Part shown: piece by piece, positions 49,882 through 62,866 of the stretch | How positions within the stretch are numbered: position 1 is the stretch's first letter | Layout: each line of letters starts with the position of its first letter | From: Planctomycetota bacterium | Lineage (GTDB): Bacteria > Planctomycetota > B15-G4 > SIAN01 | NCBI GenBank assembly: GCA_031409275.1 | Contig: JANNXA010000024.1 | Location: forward strand, 1 to 64,000 | Length of the DNA stretch: 64,000 bases | Direction: 5' to 3' | Made by a program: the position numbers and the translations under genes | The notes under the pieces: model-generated | The model's database searches: none | What the model was told of the DNA's origin: nothing | Seen by the model: only the letters and a program-made list of their open reading frames with translations

Positions 49882-51822
49882 TCACTCTTCGCGCGGCGGC
49901 ACGACGCGACGTCGCTCGCCCGCGACCAGCGTCAATTGCTGGGTCCTCTTGCGGCCATCGTTGTCGATCCACTCGAGCGTGACGGCGCCGGCCGGCACGA
50001 ACAACTCGACCTCCGACCGAATGACGTTTTTCTTCGGATCCGCGTAGGCGCTCCCGCACTTCGCGAGGCAGACGCCCTCCGCGAGGACCCGCACGCCAAC
50101 GGCGTGGCTGACACCCGGGTTCTCCTCGCCGTCGAGCACGGCATCCGCGACCGGAGAGGGATCCACTTCAAGGATCGCCGCCTTGCCGACGCGTGCCGCA
50201 ATCGTCGAGGTGCCGCGCGCCTGTACGACGAAGCCGCGCACCAGCGCGACCTCGCTCTCGCCGGCGAAGACGAGGACGTCGTAGGTGCCGGGTTCGAAAC
50301 CCACTCGCTGAAGCTCGAGTCCGTTCTCGCGCTGCTCGAACCGCTCCGCGCGATCGAGCTGTGGCACCTGCGAGCCGTCCGGGCGAAAGAAGCGGACCTC
50401 GCGAACGGCCCGCTCCGCGCCGGCCTCGTCATGCGCTTGCACCACCACCCGCTGCTGCAGCTCGACACGGACCACCACCTCGCCGGAGCTGACTCGTGCC
50501 TTCACCGGTTCCCGTGTCGCCAGCGATTCGTCGAGCGACGTGCCGGCCAGTGTCAGCACCGTGCGATTCGTCGCACCCCGAAAGCGGAAGCGCCCCTCCT
50601 TGTCGGTGGCGACGCTGGCCATCCACTCGACCGTTCCATCCTTCTCGATGAAACGCGTTCCGACCGTCCCAACGACCGGAGCGTCGTCAGGCCCGACCAG
50701 CCGGCCAACGATCTCGAGGCCGCGCTCGACCACCAATTCGAGCCACGCGGAGCGCGCCCCTTCGCGCACTTCGACCCATCCGCTGGCCGGACCATGGCAG
50801 GCGCCCGCCGCAGCGCCGCGCTCCTCGGCATCGGCCGCGAAGATCGCGAATCCGCTGGCGACGTCGGGCCAGACGAAGCGGCCGTCGCCGTCGGTGACGA
50901 TCCTGGCCCCCGACCAGCGCATCGCCCCGTAGATCGGCTCGGCTTCGCGCGCGGCGCGATCGGCAGCGGCGGCCCCGAGTTCGAGCGGCACGCAGCGGTG
51001 CCAATCCACCGCCGTGTCGGGAACCGGCACCCCGTTCGAATCGACCACCCTTCCGCTCACGAGCGGGCCGCCGCGCAGCTTCCAGCGCTTCACGATCCCC
51101 TCGCCAGCCGTGAAACGCATCGTCACGACGTCGCAATCGAGCAGCGCAAGCCCTTCGGTCAGTTCGACCTCGAGTTCGCGGTCGGTCGGCACGTCGGCGA
51201 TCAACGCCTCGCCTCGCGCGTCGGTGGTCGCTTCCACCACGAAGCGCACCGCGCCGATCCGTTCGAGCAGCCGCACCGTGACGCCCGACGCGGGGCGGCC
51301 ATCCGCCTCCAGGACGGTGGCGCGCAGCCGCGCCGGTCGCGTGAGCTGGATCACGAGCGGTTCGACGTCGGTGCGGCCGAGTTCCTGGCTGGCGACGGCG
51401 CGCGGCGCGTAGCCCTCCGCCGCGATCACGAGCCAATCGTCCTCCGCCGCCGCGAGCGCGAAACGCCCGTCGTCGTCGCTGCGCCCTTCGACCCGCATCC
51501 GCTGCAGCGACCAGACGTCGCGGCGCAGCATCCCGCCGTTGGCGGACGCCGGCCAGCCGATCGGCGCCTCGGCCAGCGCGATGCCGGTCGCCGCATCCAT
51601 GACGCGACCGTATCGCTGCGTCGTCACGCGCGTCGCGGTGCGCGCGGCCTCGCTGCTCGCCGGCGTCGCGACTTCGTCCGGCGCCGCGTCGTACACCGGT
51701 GCCTGGCGAACGACCGGTTCGAGCGACGGCCTCTCACGCTGCCACCAGGCGACGAACGCAGCGATCCCGGCGGCAGTCACCACCACCGTCACGGCGATCG
51801 GCAGCAGTCGCACCGCTCGCAT
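49882..51822 (-). CDS. Membrane-anchored carboxypeptidase-regulatory-like repeat protein
   Basis: N-terminal TM; repeated GRV.D..G.P...V / TD..GRF motifs. Confidence 0.75.
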   Translation of the reverse strand: MRAVRLLPIAVTVVVTAAGIAAFVAWWQRERPSLEPVVRQAPVYDAAPDEVATPASSEAARTATRVTTQRYGRVMDAATGIALAEAPIGWPASANGGMLRRDVWSLQRMRVEGRSDDDGRFALAAAEDDWLVIAAEGYAPRAVASQELGRTDVEPLVIQLTRPARLRATVLEADGRPASGVTVRLLERIGAVRFVVEATTDARGEALIADVPTDRELEVELTEGLALLDCDVVTMRFTAGEGIVKRWKLRGGPLVSGRVVDSNGVPVPDTAVDWHRCVPLELGAAAADRAAREAEPIYGAMRWSGARIVTDGDGRFVWPDVASGFAIFAADAEERGAAAGACHGPASGWVEVREGARSAWLELVVERGLEIVGRLVGPDDAPVVGTVGTRFIEKDGTVEWMASVATDKEGRFRFRGATNRTVLTLAGTSLDESLATREPVKARVSSGEVVVRVELQQRVVVQAHDEAGAERAVREVRFFRPDGSQVPQLDRAERFEQRENGLELQRVGFEPGTYDVLVFAGESEVALVRGFVVQARGTSTIAARVGKAAILEVDPSPVADAVLDGEENPGVSHAVGVRVLAEGVCLAKCGSAYADPKKNVIRSEVELFVPAGAVTLEWIDNDGRKRTQQLTLVAGERRRVVPPREE

Positions 51823-51860
51823 CCTCGCTCCCGTTGCGCCTCGCCCCCGTCGCGCCTCGC

Positions 51861-52643
51861 TCAGCTCCCGCCATCGCGCAGCGCGCGCGCCGCGGCCGCG
51901 ACCGTCGCATTGGCGTAGCGCAGGACGAAGTGGCCGTCGCGCCGGTGCTCGGGATCGAGATCGCAGAGCACGACGTCGTAGCCGCAGTACTGCGCCAGCG
52001 CGCGGATCGCCTCAGGCGAGCTCCAATCGAAGCAACCCGTGGTCGGATCGCTGTTGGCCGCCAGCACGCGCGGCACGTCGCCGACCAGCTTGCGCAGACC
52101 GTTGGCGGACGTGCCGTCGGCGAAAGTGCCGATGAACCAGCCCCCCAATTGCAGCACTTCGGTCGCGCCAAGGAGCAGCGCCGCCAGCTGATGGGCGGTG
52201 AGGTGGACCAGCGTGTCGATCGAGAAGAGCGCGTCGACACGACCGCTCCAGCCTTGCTGCGTCGCTGCGCGACTCACCGCGTTGGCATCGCGCTCATCGA
52301 TCAGCGCGAGCACCACCCGCCCTTGCGTCACTTCCTTCGCGAAGCGCTGCCGGCAGAGCTTCTGGAACTGCTCCGAGACGTCGAGCGCCAGCAGCTCGAC
52401 GGCGGGCGCGGCGGCCAGCACGCGCGCGGTGTACTTGCCCGCCCCCGGCCCGACTTCGATGGCGTGCTTCCACGTCGCGACGCCGCACGGCTCGAAGAGG
52501 CGGCGAAACCACGCCGACCAGAGGCGCTCGTCGCCCCACTCGTCGCCCGGCCAACCACCCGGCGGCGGCTGCGAGCGCGCCGCGTAGTCATCCCACGCTG
52601 CGGCGAACTTGCCATCCGTGGCTGCCATCGCGTCCCTCGTCAC
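51861..52643 (-). CDS. Class I SAM-dependent methyltransferase
   Basis: AIEVGPGAGKYT motif I; LDVS; DALFSIDTLVHL; GTGA overlap with the upstream gene. Confidence 0.8.
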   Translation of the reverse strand: MTRDAMAATDGKFAAAWDDYAARSQPPPGGWPGDEWGDERLWSAWFRRLFEPCGVATWKHAIEVGPGAGKYTARVLAAAPAVELLALDVSEQFQKLCRQRFAKEVTQGRVVLALIDERDANAVSRAATQQGWSGRVDALFSIDTLVHLTAHQLAALLLGATEVLQLGGWFIGTFADGTSANGLRKLVGDVPRVLAANSDPTTGCFDWSSPEAIRALAQYCGYDVVLCDLDPEHRRDGHFVLRYANATVAAAARALRDGGS

Positions 52644-54664
52644 GGCTCATCGATCACCACTTCCTCGCGGCCACCCGCCACGAGTTCCAGATCGCGCACC
52701 ACCGTACCCGCGCCGAGGCCTACGCGCAGGCGCACCGGTCCCGCCGGTGCGGTGAAGCGCTGCGTCGAGCCGAGCGCGAGCTCGCCAGCGGCGATGACCA
52801 CCGCACCGCTCTGCAATGCGACTTGCGCGAGCGTCACCGGGCCGGCGCGGTAGCGCACCTCGACGGTGGCGCCGCGCTGCAACACCACGTCGACCGCACG
52901 CGTCTCTCCTTCGGCCAGCGTGACCCCCTCGAGGAAGCCGGCGAAGCCGTCGGTGGTCGTCGCTCCGAGCGTGAAGTTCCCGGCAGGCAGCCCGTCGAAG
53001 CGGTCATCGCTGCTCGGCGTCGCACCGCGACCGCCCGTCCACGCGATCGCGTCGCCGCCTTGCTGAACCAGCAGGAAGCTCGCGGCAACCGGTTCGCCGC
53101 GCCCGTCGAAGCGCGCCACCATCACCAGCGCCGCGGCATCGGCGACCTCGATGCGCAGATCGCGGCTGCCCGCGCGCGCGTTCAGCGGCGGCGCGGCGGC
53201 GTAGCGCAAATCGGACGGCAGGAAGCGCAGCTCGTAGTCGCCTTCGGAGAGCGGCCCGGCGCGGAAGTTCCCTTCGACGTCGGCGTAGCTCGGGACCTCG
53301 CCGGCGATCGCGTTCCCGAGCTCGCGGACGCGCAACGTTCCCGGCACCGGCCCACCGCGCCGATCGAGAGCGCGCCCCGTGACGAAGAGGCCGCGCTGCG
53401 CCTGCAGTTCCACCTCGCTCGAAACGCTGCCGGCCGGCAACGACAGCGGCTGCGCGAGCGGGACGAGATCGCCGCCGGCATGGCCGAGCCCGATCCGTGA
53501 CCACGCCGCCGGCCCGATCCAGTAGTCGCCCGCCGCCACCGCGCCCCAATCGAAGCGCCCCTCCTCGTCGGTGAAAGCGCGCGCGACGACGTGCGACTCG
53601 TCGCCGGGAGTGAAGAAGGCGCTCTCCGCGTTGCGGTCGAGCTGCGCGCCCTGCGTCGCCAACCAGATCAGCACGTCGGCGAGCGGCGCGCCGGTCTCAT
53701 CGAGGAGACGTCCGCGCAGCTTGATGCCGCCGCCCAGTTGCCACGTGCGCTCGACCGTCGCGCCCGGTTCCATGCGAAGCGCGGTCGCCTCCACGATCGC
53801 CAGCTGGCCCGGCATCGACTCGGGCGGCACCACCGTGAACGAAAGGGCGGAGGAGGCGGGCAGCCCGGCGATCGTCGCGCGGCCGTCGCGATCGGTGGTG
53901 GCGGCCAACACGATCGGGGGCCCGCGCAACACCCCTTCTCCTGACCGATCGGTGCCGCGAAGGACGACGTCGAACGCGTCGAGCGCGTGCAGCGAGGCCA
54001 CGACGTCGGCCCCCTCGATCGGCAGCTCACCCGCGCCCAGCACGCGCGCCTGAAGGCGGCACTCGACGTCGAGTTCGACTGGCGCCGGCAACGCCGCATC
54101 GATCGACAGCTCTTCCGTCGTGACCCAACGCAGTCCGAAGCCGGACGCGCGCACGAAGAGGAGCCCTGGATCGGACGCCTGCGCCGGCAGCGTGAAACGG
54201 CCATCAGCGTCGCTGATCGCCAGCGGTCGCGCCGCCGGAACGAAAAGCAATACAAACGGAATGCGCCACGGGTCGCCGCGCGGTTCCTCGCCAACGAGCT
54301 CCGCCCCCTCGATCGGCGTGCCGTTCGTGGCGGTGACGCGACCGTGCAGCGGCGGCGACGGCGGGTTCGCTCTCGGTGGCCAGGCGCTCGCGTCGTGTGG
54401 CTCGTCCGGACCTCGTGCTGGCTTGAGGTCGGAAGCCGTTGCTTGCGACGCTTCCGATCGCGGCGGCGGCACCGCGGAGCGCACCGGCGATGGCAGTGGC
54501 GCCGTCGCATCGCTCGCCTCGCGCTCCACTCGACCGTTCTGCACCAGCCGTGGGCCCGCCAAGCCAAGCCACCACCACGCCGCACCCGCGAGCGCCGCGA
54601 AGGCGACGAGGAGCGCCACCGCCGCCGCCAACGCGCGGCCGCTCGTCAAGCCTCGTCGCTGCAT
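52640..54664 (-). CDS. Membrane-anchored carboxypeptidase-regulatory-like repeat protein (paralog)
   Basis: N-terminal TM; GRVTATNGTPIEGA, SDADGRF, GRLLDETGAPLADV, TDEEGRF repeats. Confidence 0.75.
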   Translation of the reverse strand: MQRRGLTSGRALAAAVALLVAFAALAGAAWWWLGLAGPRLVQNGRVEREASDATAPLPSPVRSAVPPPRSEASQATASDLKPARGPDEPHDASAWPPRANPPSPPLHGRVTATNGTPIEGAELVGEEPRGDPWRIPFVLLFVPAARPLAISDADGRFTLPAQASDPGLLFVRASGFGLRWVTTEELSIDAALPAPVELDVECRLQARVLGAGELPIEGADVVASLHALDAFDVVLRGTDRSGEGVLRGPPIVLAATTDRDGRATIAGLPASSALSFTVVPPESMPGQLAIVEATALRMEPGATVERTWQLGGGIKLRGRLLDETGAPLADVLIWLATQGAQLDRNAESAFFTPGDESHVVARAFTDEEGRFDWGAVAAGDYWIGPAAWSRIGLGHAGGDLVPLAQPLSLPAGSVSSEVELQAQRGLFVTGRALDRRGGPVPGTLRVRELGNAIAGEVPSYADVEGNFRAGPLSEGDYELRFLPSDLRYAAAPPLNARAGSRDLRIEVADAAALVMVARFDGRGEPVAASFLLVQQGGDAIAWTGGRGATPSSDDRFDGLPAGNFTLGATTTDGFAGFLEGVTLAEGETRAVDVVLQRGATVEVRYRAGPVTLAQVALQSGAVVIAAGELALGSTQRFTAPAGPVRLRVGLGAGTVVRDLELVAGGREEVVIDEP

Positions 54665-54735
54665 CGCTTGCCTCCCGTTCGGGCTCGCCAACGTCCCGGC
54701 CCGTCGCGCCGCTCGCGCCCTACAATCGCGCCCCC

Positions 54736-55626
54736 ATGAAGATCCGCAAAGCGGTGATCACGGCGGCCGGTCCCGATCAGCGCGAGCTGCCGCTGCAGCG
54801 ACTCGTCGATCGCGACGGTTCGGCGAAGTCGGCGCTGCGCCTGCTGCTCGACGAGGCGGCGGCCGCCGGCATCGGCGAGGTGGCGATCATCGTCCACCCC
54901 GACGATGGCGAGCGCTACGCCGCCGCGACGGGGGCGCCAGGCGGGGCGCCGCGCGTCGCCGATGGCGTCGAGCCCAAGCTCCACTTCGTGCCACAGGCGG
55001 CTGCGCGCGGCTATGCCGATGCGCTGTTGCAGGCGCGCGACTTCGTTGGCGACGAGCCCTTCCTCCACTTGGTGGGCGACCATCTCTTCCTGCCGCGCGG
55101 CGAGTTGCGCCCCGCCGCTGAACTCGTCGCGGTGGCGCAGCGTGAAGGGGCCGCCGTCTCGGCGGTGCAGTCGACGCGCGAATCGCATCTGCGCGAGTAC
55201 GGCGTGGTCGGCGGGCCGCGCGTCGCCGGCCGCGAGCGCCTCTTCGCCATCGACGCGGTGCTGGAGAAGCCGACTCCGACCGAAGCGGAGCAGACGCTCT
55301 TCGTGCCGGGACTGCGCGCCGGCCACTACCTCTGCTTCTTCGGGATGCACGTGCTGCCGGCCGCGATCTTCGACGCCCTCGCACAGGCGCTGCGCGACGC
55401 CGCCGAACCGCGCCGCGTCTCGTTGACGCACGCGCTCGCCACCCTGCCGGGCCGCGCGCGCTGGCTCGCGCTCGAAGTCGCCGCCACCCGCTTCAATCTC
55501 GGCGAGAAGTACGGGCTGCTGATCGCGCAGCTCGCGCTGGGACTTTCTGGGCGCGATCGCGACGACGTGCTGGCGCAGGTGACGGAACTCCTGCTCGCTC
55601 GCGAAAAGGGTCGCGCCCAAAAATGA
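54736..55626 (+). CDS. Sugar-phosphate nucleotidyltransferase (GalU-like)
   Basis: [12 protein letters not shown]...RGYADAL...[24 protein letters not shown]. Confidence 0.82.
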   Translation: MKIRKAVITAAGPDQRELPLQRLVDRDGSAKSALRLLLDEAAAAGIGEVAIIVHPDDGERYAAATGAPGGAPRVADGVEPKLHFVPQAAARGYADALLQARDFVGDEPFLHLVGDHLFLPRGELRPAAELVAVAQREGAAVSAVQSTRESHLREYGVVGGPRVAGRERLFAIDAVLEKPTPTEAEQTLFVPGLRAGHYLCFFGMHVLPAAIFDALAQALRDAAEPRRVSLTHALATLPGRARWLALEVAATRFNLGEKYGLLIAQLALGLSGRDRDDVLAQVTELLLAREKGRAQK

Positions 55627-58600
55627 GCCGACCGCTGAGCCGACTCGTCGCGATCCTCGAAACCGCGGACGACGCGCTGCGCCACCGTTCGCTGGAGGCC
55701 GCGGTCGCCGGGCTCGATGTCGAAGCGCTGCTGCACGAGTGCCGGGCGCTCGACGCGTTCCGCGCGCGCACCGACAACCTCTACCAGCGCGTGCGCGCCC
55801 TCTTCTTCCTGCAGGCGATCCACCGCTACCACCTCGCCGCGCGCGCGCAGCGGCTCCCCGCCGCCGGCGGCCGCATCCCGTACGACGGCCAGCAGCTGCT
55901 GCTCGACCGCCGTTTCGAGGAGGCGATCGCCTGCTTCCGGCGCACGCTTGACGACGCGGGCGTGAGCGAAGCGCTCTGCTCCGCGCTGGCCGCCGCCTAC
56001 CGCGGGCTCGCGTTCCAGACGCTCGCCGATCAGGTGCGCCGCAGCGTGCGCAGCGTGCGCGGCAACCAATGGATGTTCCGCTGCGGCCATCCGCTCGATC
56101 AGCCGCTGCGGCTGCGTCCCGAACTGCTGGAACGCGATGTTGCCGGCCACTACCCGCTGCTGGTCGAACGCACGCCGGTGCGCATGGACCTCACCCATTG
56201 CGGCTGGAGCGACATCTTCTTCCTCGGCATGGACCATCCCGAGGGCGCGCGCGTGCTGAACGTCTCGATCGACCTCGGCGTGCATGGCCGTGATGCGGCA
56301 CCGGCGCCGCCGGTCGAGTGTTCGCTGCGCGTGATCGACGAGCCGCTGCTGCGCCTCACCAGCGTCGACCTCGGCGCCACCGCCGACGTCGCGGAACTGC
56401 CGCTGCTGTTCGACTTCGCGCGCGACTACCTCGGCCTGCTGAAGGCGGCGCTGCTCGCCGCCGGGCTCGTGCCGCCAGGTATCGAAGGATCGGGCACGAC
56501 GCTGCAGCAGTTGCTGGCGCAGCTGGTCGGTGAAGGACGCGGACTGGAGATCGTGGCGCACGTGCGCGGCATCCCGAAGGGCTCGCGCCTCGCCGTGTCG
56601 ACCACGCTGCTCGGCTCGCTGATCGCCTTGTGCATGCGCGCGACCGGACAGACGCGCGCGCTGACGGGCACGCTCGAGGAAGCGGAGCGGCGCACCTGCG
56701 CGGCGCGCGCGATCCTCGGCGAGTGGCTCGGCGGCTCGGGCGGCGGCTGGCAGGACTCGGGCGGGCTGTGGCCGGGCATCAAGCTGATCGAAGGGGTCGC
56801 GACGGCAGCGGGCGACCCGGAACACGGGACGAGCCGTGGCCGCCTGCTGCCGCGCCACACGTTGCTCGGCCGCGAACGCGTTCCCGACTCGACGCGCGCG
56901 CAGCTGACGCGCTCGCTCGTGCTGGTGCACGGAGGCATGGCGCAGAACGTCGGCCCCATCCTCGAGATGGTGACCGAGAAGTACCTGCTGCGCAGCGACC
57001 TTGAATGGCGGGCGCGCCAGGAGACCGGCGCCATCCTCGAGCAGCTGCTCGTCGCGCTGGCGCACGGCGACATGAAGTCGCTGGCCGAAGCGACCACGCG
57101 CAACTTCTTCGGGCCGTTGACCACGATCATTCCGCAGGCGACCAACGCCTTCACCGAGTCGGTGATCGAGCGGGTCAAGCAGCGCTTCGGCGCGCGCTTC
57201 CTCGGCTTCTGGATGCTGGGCGGCATGTCGGGCGGCGGGATGGGTTTCCTCTTCGAACCGGAGCCGATCACCGACGCGGCCCCCGACGCGGCCCGCACCG
57301 CCGATCCGCTGGCGGCGACCAAGCGCGAGCTGCAGCAGATCCTCTCCTCGGCGAAGCGCGAGCTGCAGGACGCGCTCCCCTTCGCGATGGAGCCGGTCGT
57401 CTACGACTTCGCCATCAATGACCACGGCACGCGGGCACAGTGGAGCGCGCCGCGAGTCGCCGTCGCGCCGCACCCCGCCAACGCGACCACGGCCGCGGCG
57501 AGCGACGCGCCGCTACCCGAGCTGCTGGCGCGGCTCGGCTTCGATCGCGTCGAGCACGAGCAGATCCGCGTTGATCTGAGGGCCGGCCGCATCGGGCTCG
57601 CGCAGAATCGGCTGCCCGCGCACAGCGTGCTGCGCGACGCCGAGCCAGGCGACGTCGCCGACCTGCGCGCCGGTGCTGGTGCCGAGGAGGTCGCGCGCGG
57701 CACGGCGGCGCTGCAGCGCGGCGAAGTGGCGGTGCTCACGCTCGCGGCCGGCGCCGGCAGTCGCTGGAGCGGCGGCGCGAACGTCGTGAAGGCGCTCTTC
57801 CCGTTCGCCAAGTTCGATGGCCGATTCCGCAGCTTCCTCGACGTGCATCTCGCCAAGAGCCGGCGCGTGGCACGCGCGGCCGGCGTGCCGCTGCCCCACT
57901 TCGTCGCCACCAGCTCCTTCACGCATGAAGCGATCGCACGCCAACTCGCGCTGCGCACCGGATCGGAACCGCGCGAGCGCGACGTCGAAGTCGAGCTGTC
58001 GCCCGGCCGCGCCGTCGGCCTGCGGCTGATCCCGATGGAGCGCGACCTGCGCTTCGCGTGGGAGGAGACGCGCCACCAGCGGCTCGACGTGCAGGCGCAG
58101 AAGGTGCGCGAAAGCCTGCATGCGGCGCTGATCGGGTGGGCGCGCGGTGCGGGCGAAGGCGACGACTACACCGACAACCTCGCGGTGCAGTGCCTCCATC
58201 CCGTCGGCCACTTCTACGAGCTGCCCAACCTGCTGAAAAACGGTCGCCTCGCCCGATTGCTGCGCGAGCGGCCGCAACTCTCGACGCTGCTGCTGCACAA
58301 CATCGACACGCTCGGCGCCGACGTCGACGCGGGCCTGCTCGGCCACCATCTGCGCCAGGTCGAGGATGGCGGCGCGCTCACCTTCGAGGTGATCGGCCGG
58401 CAGCTCGAGGATCGCGGCGGTGGTCTCGCGCGGGTCGATGGTCGGCTGCGGCTGGTTGAAGGGTTGGCGCTGCCGCGCGAGGAGCAGGAGCTCGAACTGC
58501 GCTGGTACAACACGATGACGACGTGGATCGACATCGACTCGCTGCTGGCGCGCTTCGGCCTCACGCGCGAGCTGCTCCTGCGCAGCGCCGAGCCGGACAC

Positions 58601-58904
58601 CGCCAGCGCCGAAGCGGCCGCTGCCGCGATCGCGACCGCGGTGCGCCGCGTCGCCGCCGAACTGCCCACCTACGTCACGCTGAAGGACGTGAAGAAGCGC
58701 TGGGGCCAGGCGCAGGAGGATGTCTTCCCCGTCACCCAGTTCGAGAAGTTGTGGAGCGACCTCACCGCGCTGCCGCAGCTCGACTGCCGCTACGTCGCCG
58801 TCCCGCGCGTGCGCGGCCAGCAGTTGAAGGAGCCCGCCCAGCTCGATCCGTGGCTGCGCGACGGCAGCGCCGCCGCCATCGCCGCGCGCTGCGACTTCCA
58901 CTGA
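55623..58904 (+). CDS. GHMP-family sugar kinase fused to a UDPGP/UAP-type pyrophosphorylase
   Basis: PVRMDL...[29 protein letters not shown]-terminal [14 protein letters not shown]...[37 protein letters not shown]. Confidence 0.82.
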   Translation: MSRPLSRLVAILETADDALRHRSLEAAVAGLDVEALLHECRALDAFRARTDNLYQRVRALFFLQAIHRYHLAARAQRLPAAGGRIPYDGQQLLLDRRFEEAIACFRRTLDDAGVSEALCSALAAAYRGLAFQTLADQVRRSVRSVRGNQWMFRCGHPLDQPLRLRPELLERDVAGHYPLLVERTPVRMDLTHCGWSDIFFLGMDHPEGARVLNVSIDLGVHGRDAAPAPPVECSLRVIDEPLLRLTSVDLGATADVAELPLLFDFARDYLGLLKAALLAAGLVPPGIEGSGTTLQQLLAQLVGEGRGLEIVAHVRGIPKGSRLAVSTTLLGSLIALCMRATGQTRALTGTLEEAERRTCAARAILGEWLGGSGGGWQDSGGLWPGIKLIEGVATAAGDPEHGTSRGRLLPRHTLLGRERVPDSTRAQLTRSLVLVHGGMAQNVGPILEMVTEKYLLRSDLEWRARQETGAILEQLLVALAHGDMKSLAEATTRNFFGPLTTIIPQATNAFTESVIERVKQRFGARFLGFWMLGGMSGGGMGFLFEPEPITDAAPDAARTADPLAATKRELQQILSSAKRELQDALPFAMEPVVYDFAINDHGTRAQWSAPRVAVAPHPANATTAAASDAPLPELLARLGFDRVEHEQIRVDLRAGRIGLAQNRLPAHSVLRDAEPGDVADLRAGAGAEEVARGTAALQRGEVAVLTLAAGAGSRWSGGANVVKALFPFAKFDGRFRSFLDVHLAKSRRVARAAGVPLPHFVATSSFTHEAIARQLALRTGSEPRERDVEVELSPGRAVGLRLIPMERDLRFAWEETRHQRLDVQAQKVRESLHAALIGWARGAGEGDDYTDNLAVQCLHPVGHFYELPNLLKNGRLARLLRERPQLSTLLLHNIDTLGADVDAGLLGHHLRQVEDGGALTFEVIGRQLEDRGGGLARVDGRLRLVEGLALPREEQELELRWYNTMTTWIDIDSLLARFGLTRELLLRSAEPDTASAEAAAAAIATAVRRVAAELPTYVTLKDVKKRWGQAQEDVFPVTQFEKLWSDLTALPQLDCRYVAVPRVRGQQLKEPAQLDPWLRDGSAAAIAARCDFH

Positions 58905-58932
58905 CCGCGACGACGCGGCTCGCCCGGTCCGC

Positions 58933-60906
<1,974 letters not shown>

Positions 60907-61048
60907 GAACGGATCTCGACCGGCCCGACCAAGCCGCGCGCCGCGCAACAGGAGCAAAGGCGCGGCCGTCGCGATCGCGGCGGCCGAGAAACTGCGGGGT
61001 CAGGACCAGCGCGCTGAAGAGTAGCGCTGTCAGGGCCGGCGAGGCGGC

Positions 61049-61864
61049 TCAGAACCTCACCGACAGCGTCGCGAGCGGGCCGGAGAAGTCGAAGTCGCCG
61101 TCGTTGGTCGTCTCGTTGAAGTCCCAGACCATCCAGCGATAGCCCAAGCCGACGCGAATGGCGTCGGAGATGGGGTAGAGCAGCTCGGCGCCCCAGTCGT
61201 AGAGGCGGCGGTGGAACGAGTTGGCGGCCAGCGCGCCGTAGAGGTCGAGCGTCGCGCCGCTGCCGAAGTCGGTCGTCCATTGCGCGTGGGCGCCGGGGTA
61301 GACGCGGCTGAACTCCCGGTCCTCGTTCGCGCCGCTCGGCGCGGCCGTCACGTGAGTGTCGAGGTTCCACCACCAGGCGCCGAGCCCGACTCGGAATGCG
61401 TCCGCGGTGTCCTTCTCCTTCGAGAAGGCGTAGTCCCACTTGAGCGCCCAGGTGGTGAGGTCGAGGTCGCTCGAGACGCGATCCCCCTTGGGGTAGGAAG
61501 CGCCGTGGAACTGGTAGCCGCGCGTGATGTCGTTGCTGCCGCTGAAGCCGAGCGGGATGTACTCGATGCCGAAGCGGTGCTCGCCCATGTCGAGCGAGGC
61601 GTTCCACAGCAGCTCCCGATCGCTGTCGAGGCCGAGCTGGTCCGAGAGGCCGGCGTGGGTCGACGTCGCGGGCTGCGACCCCGCCTCGATGTCGAGGTGG
61701 CCGTCGGGTTTCGCCTGCCAGTACTTCGCGCCGAACTCGAAGCTCGATTCGCTCGGTCGCCCGGCCGGCGCCGGCAGCGGCAACGCGGAGCAGCCGGCCG
61801 CGGCGAGGGCCGCCCACAGCGCCGGAACGGACTTCAAGCGCCACGTCGTCATCGTGAACTCCAT
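61049..61864 (-). CDS. Putative outer-membrane beta-barrel protein with lipobox-like signal
   Basis: LAAAGC; alternating aromatic beta-strands; GLGYRW...DFSGPLATLSVRF with terminal Phe; alternative start 61852. Confidence 0.7.
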   Translation of the reverse strand: MEFTMTTWRLKSVPALWAALAAAGCSALPLPAPAGRPSESSFEFGAKYWQAKPDGHLDIEAGSQPATSTHAGLSDQLGLDSDRELLWNASLDMGEHRFGIEYIPLGFSGSNDITRGYQFHGASYPKGDRVSSDLDLTTWALKWDYAFSKEKDTADAFRVGLGAWWWNLDTHVTAAPSGANEDREFSRVYPGAHAQWTTDFGSGATLDLYGALAANSFHRRLYDWGAELLYPISDAIRVGLGYRWMVWDFNETTNDGDFDFSGPLATLSVRF

Positions 61865-61990
61865 CGCGGGGAGGAAACGGCGCGCCGCCGCGACATCGAT
61901 GCCGACGCGCACGGGCGCGGTCGCCGTTTTCAGCTGGCGACAGTACAGCGGCTTGGCGGGGTCGGTGCGACCGCGTATGAACGCGGCCCC

Positions 61991-62866
61991 ATGCAGGAAC
62001 GCGGAACCACCCGGCTCAAGTGGGCCTTCGTCGGCCCGACGCTGCTCTTTCTGCTGGCGTTCAACCTCTTCCCGCTCGTCTGGAGCATCGTGCTCGGGTT
62101 CCGGAACGACGAGCTGGTGGGCGGCGATTCGCGCTTCGTCGGCAGCGCCAACTACGCGCGCGTCTTCGCCGACCCTCGCTTCGCGGAAGCGGTGCGGCTC
62201 ACTGCGCGCTTCGTCGGGCTCGCCGTCCTGCTCGAGCTGCTGGTCGGCTTCACGCTGGCGCTGGCGCTTCAGCGCGACTTCAAGGGCAAGAGCGCGGTCC
62301 TCACCACGCTGCTGATCCCGATGATGCTGTCGCCGGCAGTGGTCGGCCTCTTCTGGAACCTGATCCTGAACGGCAACTACGGGATCCTGAACCAGCTGCT
62401 CGCCGCCGTCGGGCTGCCCGCGCCGCAATGGACCACCGATCGCGACTGGAAGTTCACCTCGATCCTGCTGGTCGACCTGTGGATGTGGACGCCGTTCATG
62501 CTGCTGATCTCGCTGGCGGCGCTGAACGCCATTCCGAAGTCGCTCTACGAAGCGGCGGAGATCGACCGCGCCGGCACGCTGACCGTGTTCCGCCGCATCA
62601 CGCTGCCGATGGTCGCGCCCCTGCTCGGGCTCGCCGTGCTGCTGCGCGCGACCGACGCGCTGAAGCAGTTCGACCTCGTCATGGCCATCACCGGTCCCAA
62701 CGACGCCAAGACGCAGACGCTCTCCACGCTGCTCTATCAGGTCGTCTTTCGCGACGGCAAGGTCGGCCTCGGGGCGAGCTTCGCGTGCGTCGTGCTGGTG
62801 GCGGTGATCGCCGTCGCGACGCTCTTCACGCGCTACATGGAACGGCTGCAGGAGCGGCCCTCATGA
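61991..62866 (+). CDS. Sugar ABC transporter permease 1
   Basis: FVGSANY, IPMMLSPAVVG, WMWTPF, EAA motif LYEAAEIDRAG. Confidence 0.93.
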   Translation: MQERGTTRLKWAFVGPTLLFLLAFNLFPLVWSIVLGFRNDELVGGDSRFVGSANYARVFADPRFAEAVRLTARFVGLAVLLELLVGFTLALALQRDFKGKSAVLTTLLIPMMLSPAVVGLFWNLILNGNYGILNQLLAAVGLPAPQWTTDRDWKFTSILLVDLWMWTPFMLLISLAALNAIPKSLYEAAEIDRAGTLTVFRRITLPMVAPLLGLAVLLRATDALKQFDLVMAITGPNDAKTQTLSTLLYQVVFRDGKVGLGASFACVVLVAVIAVATLFTRYMERLQERPS

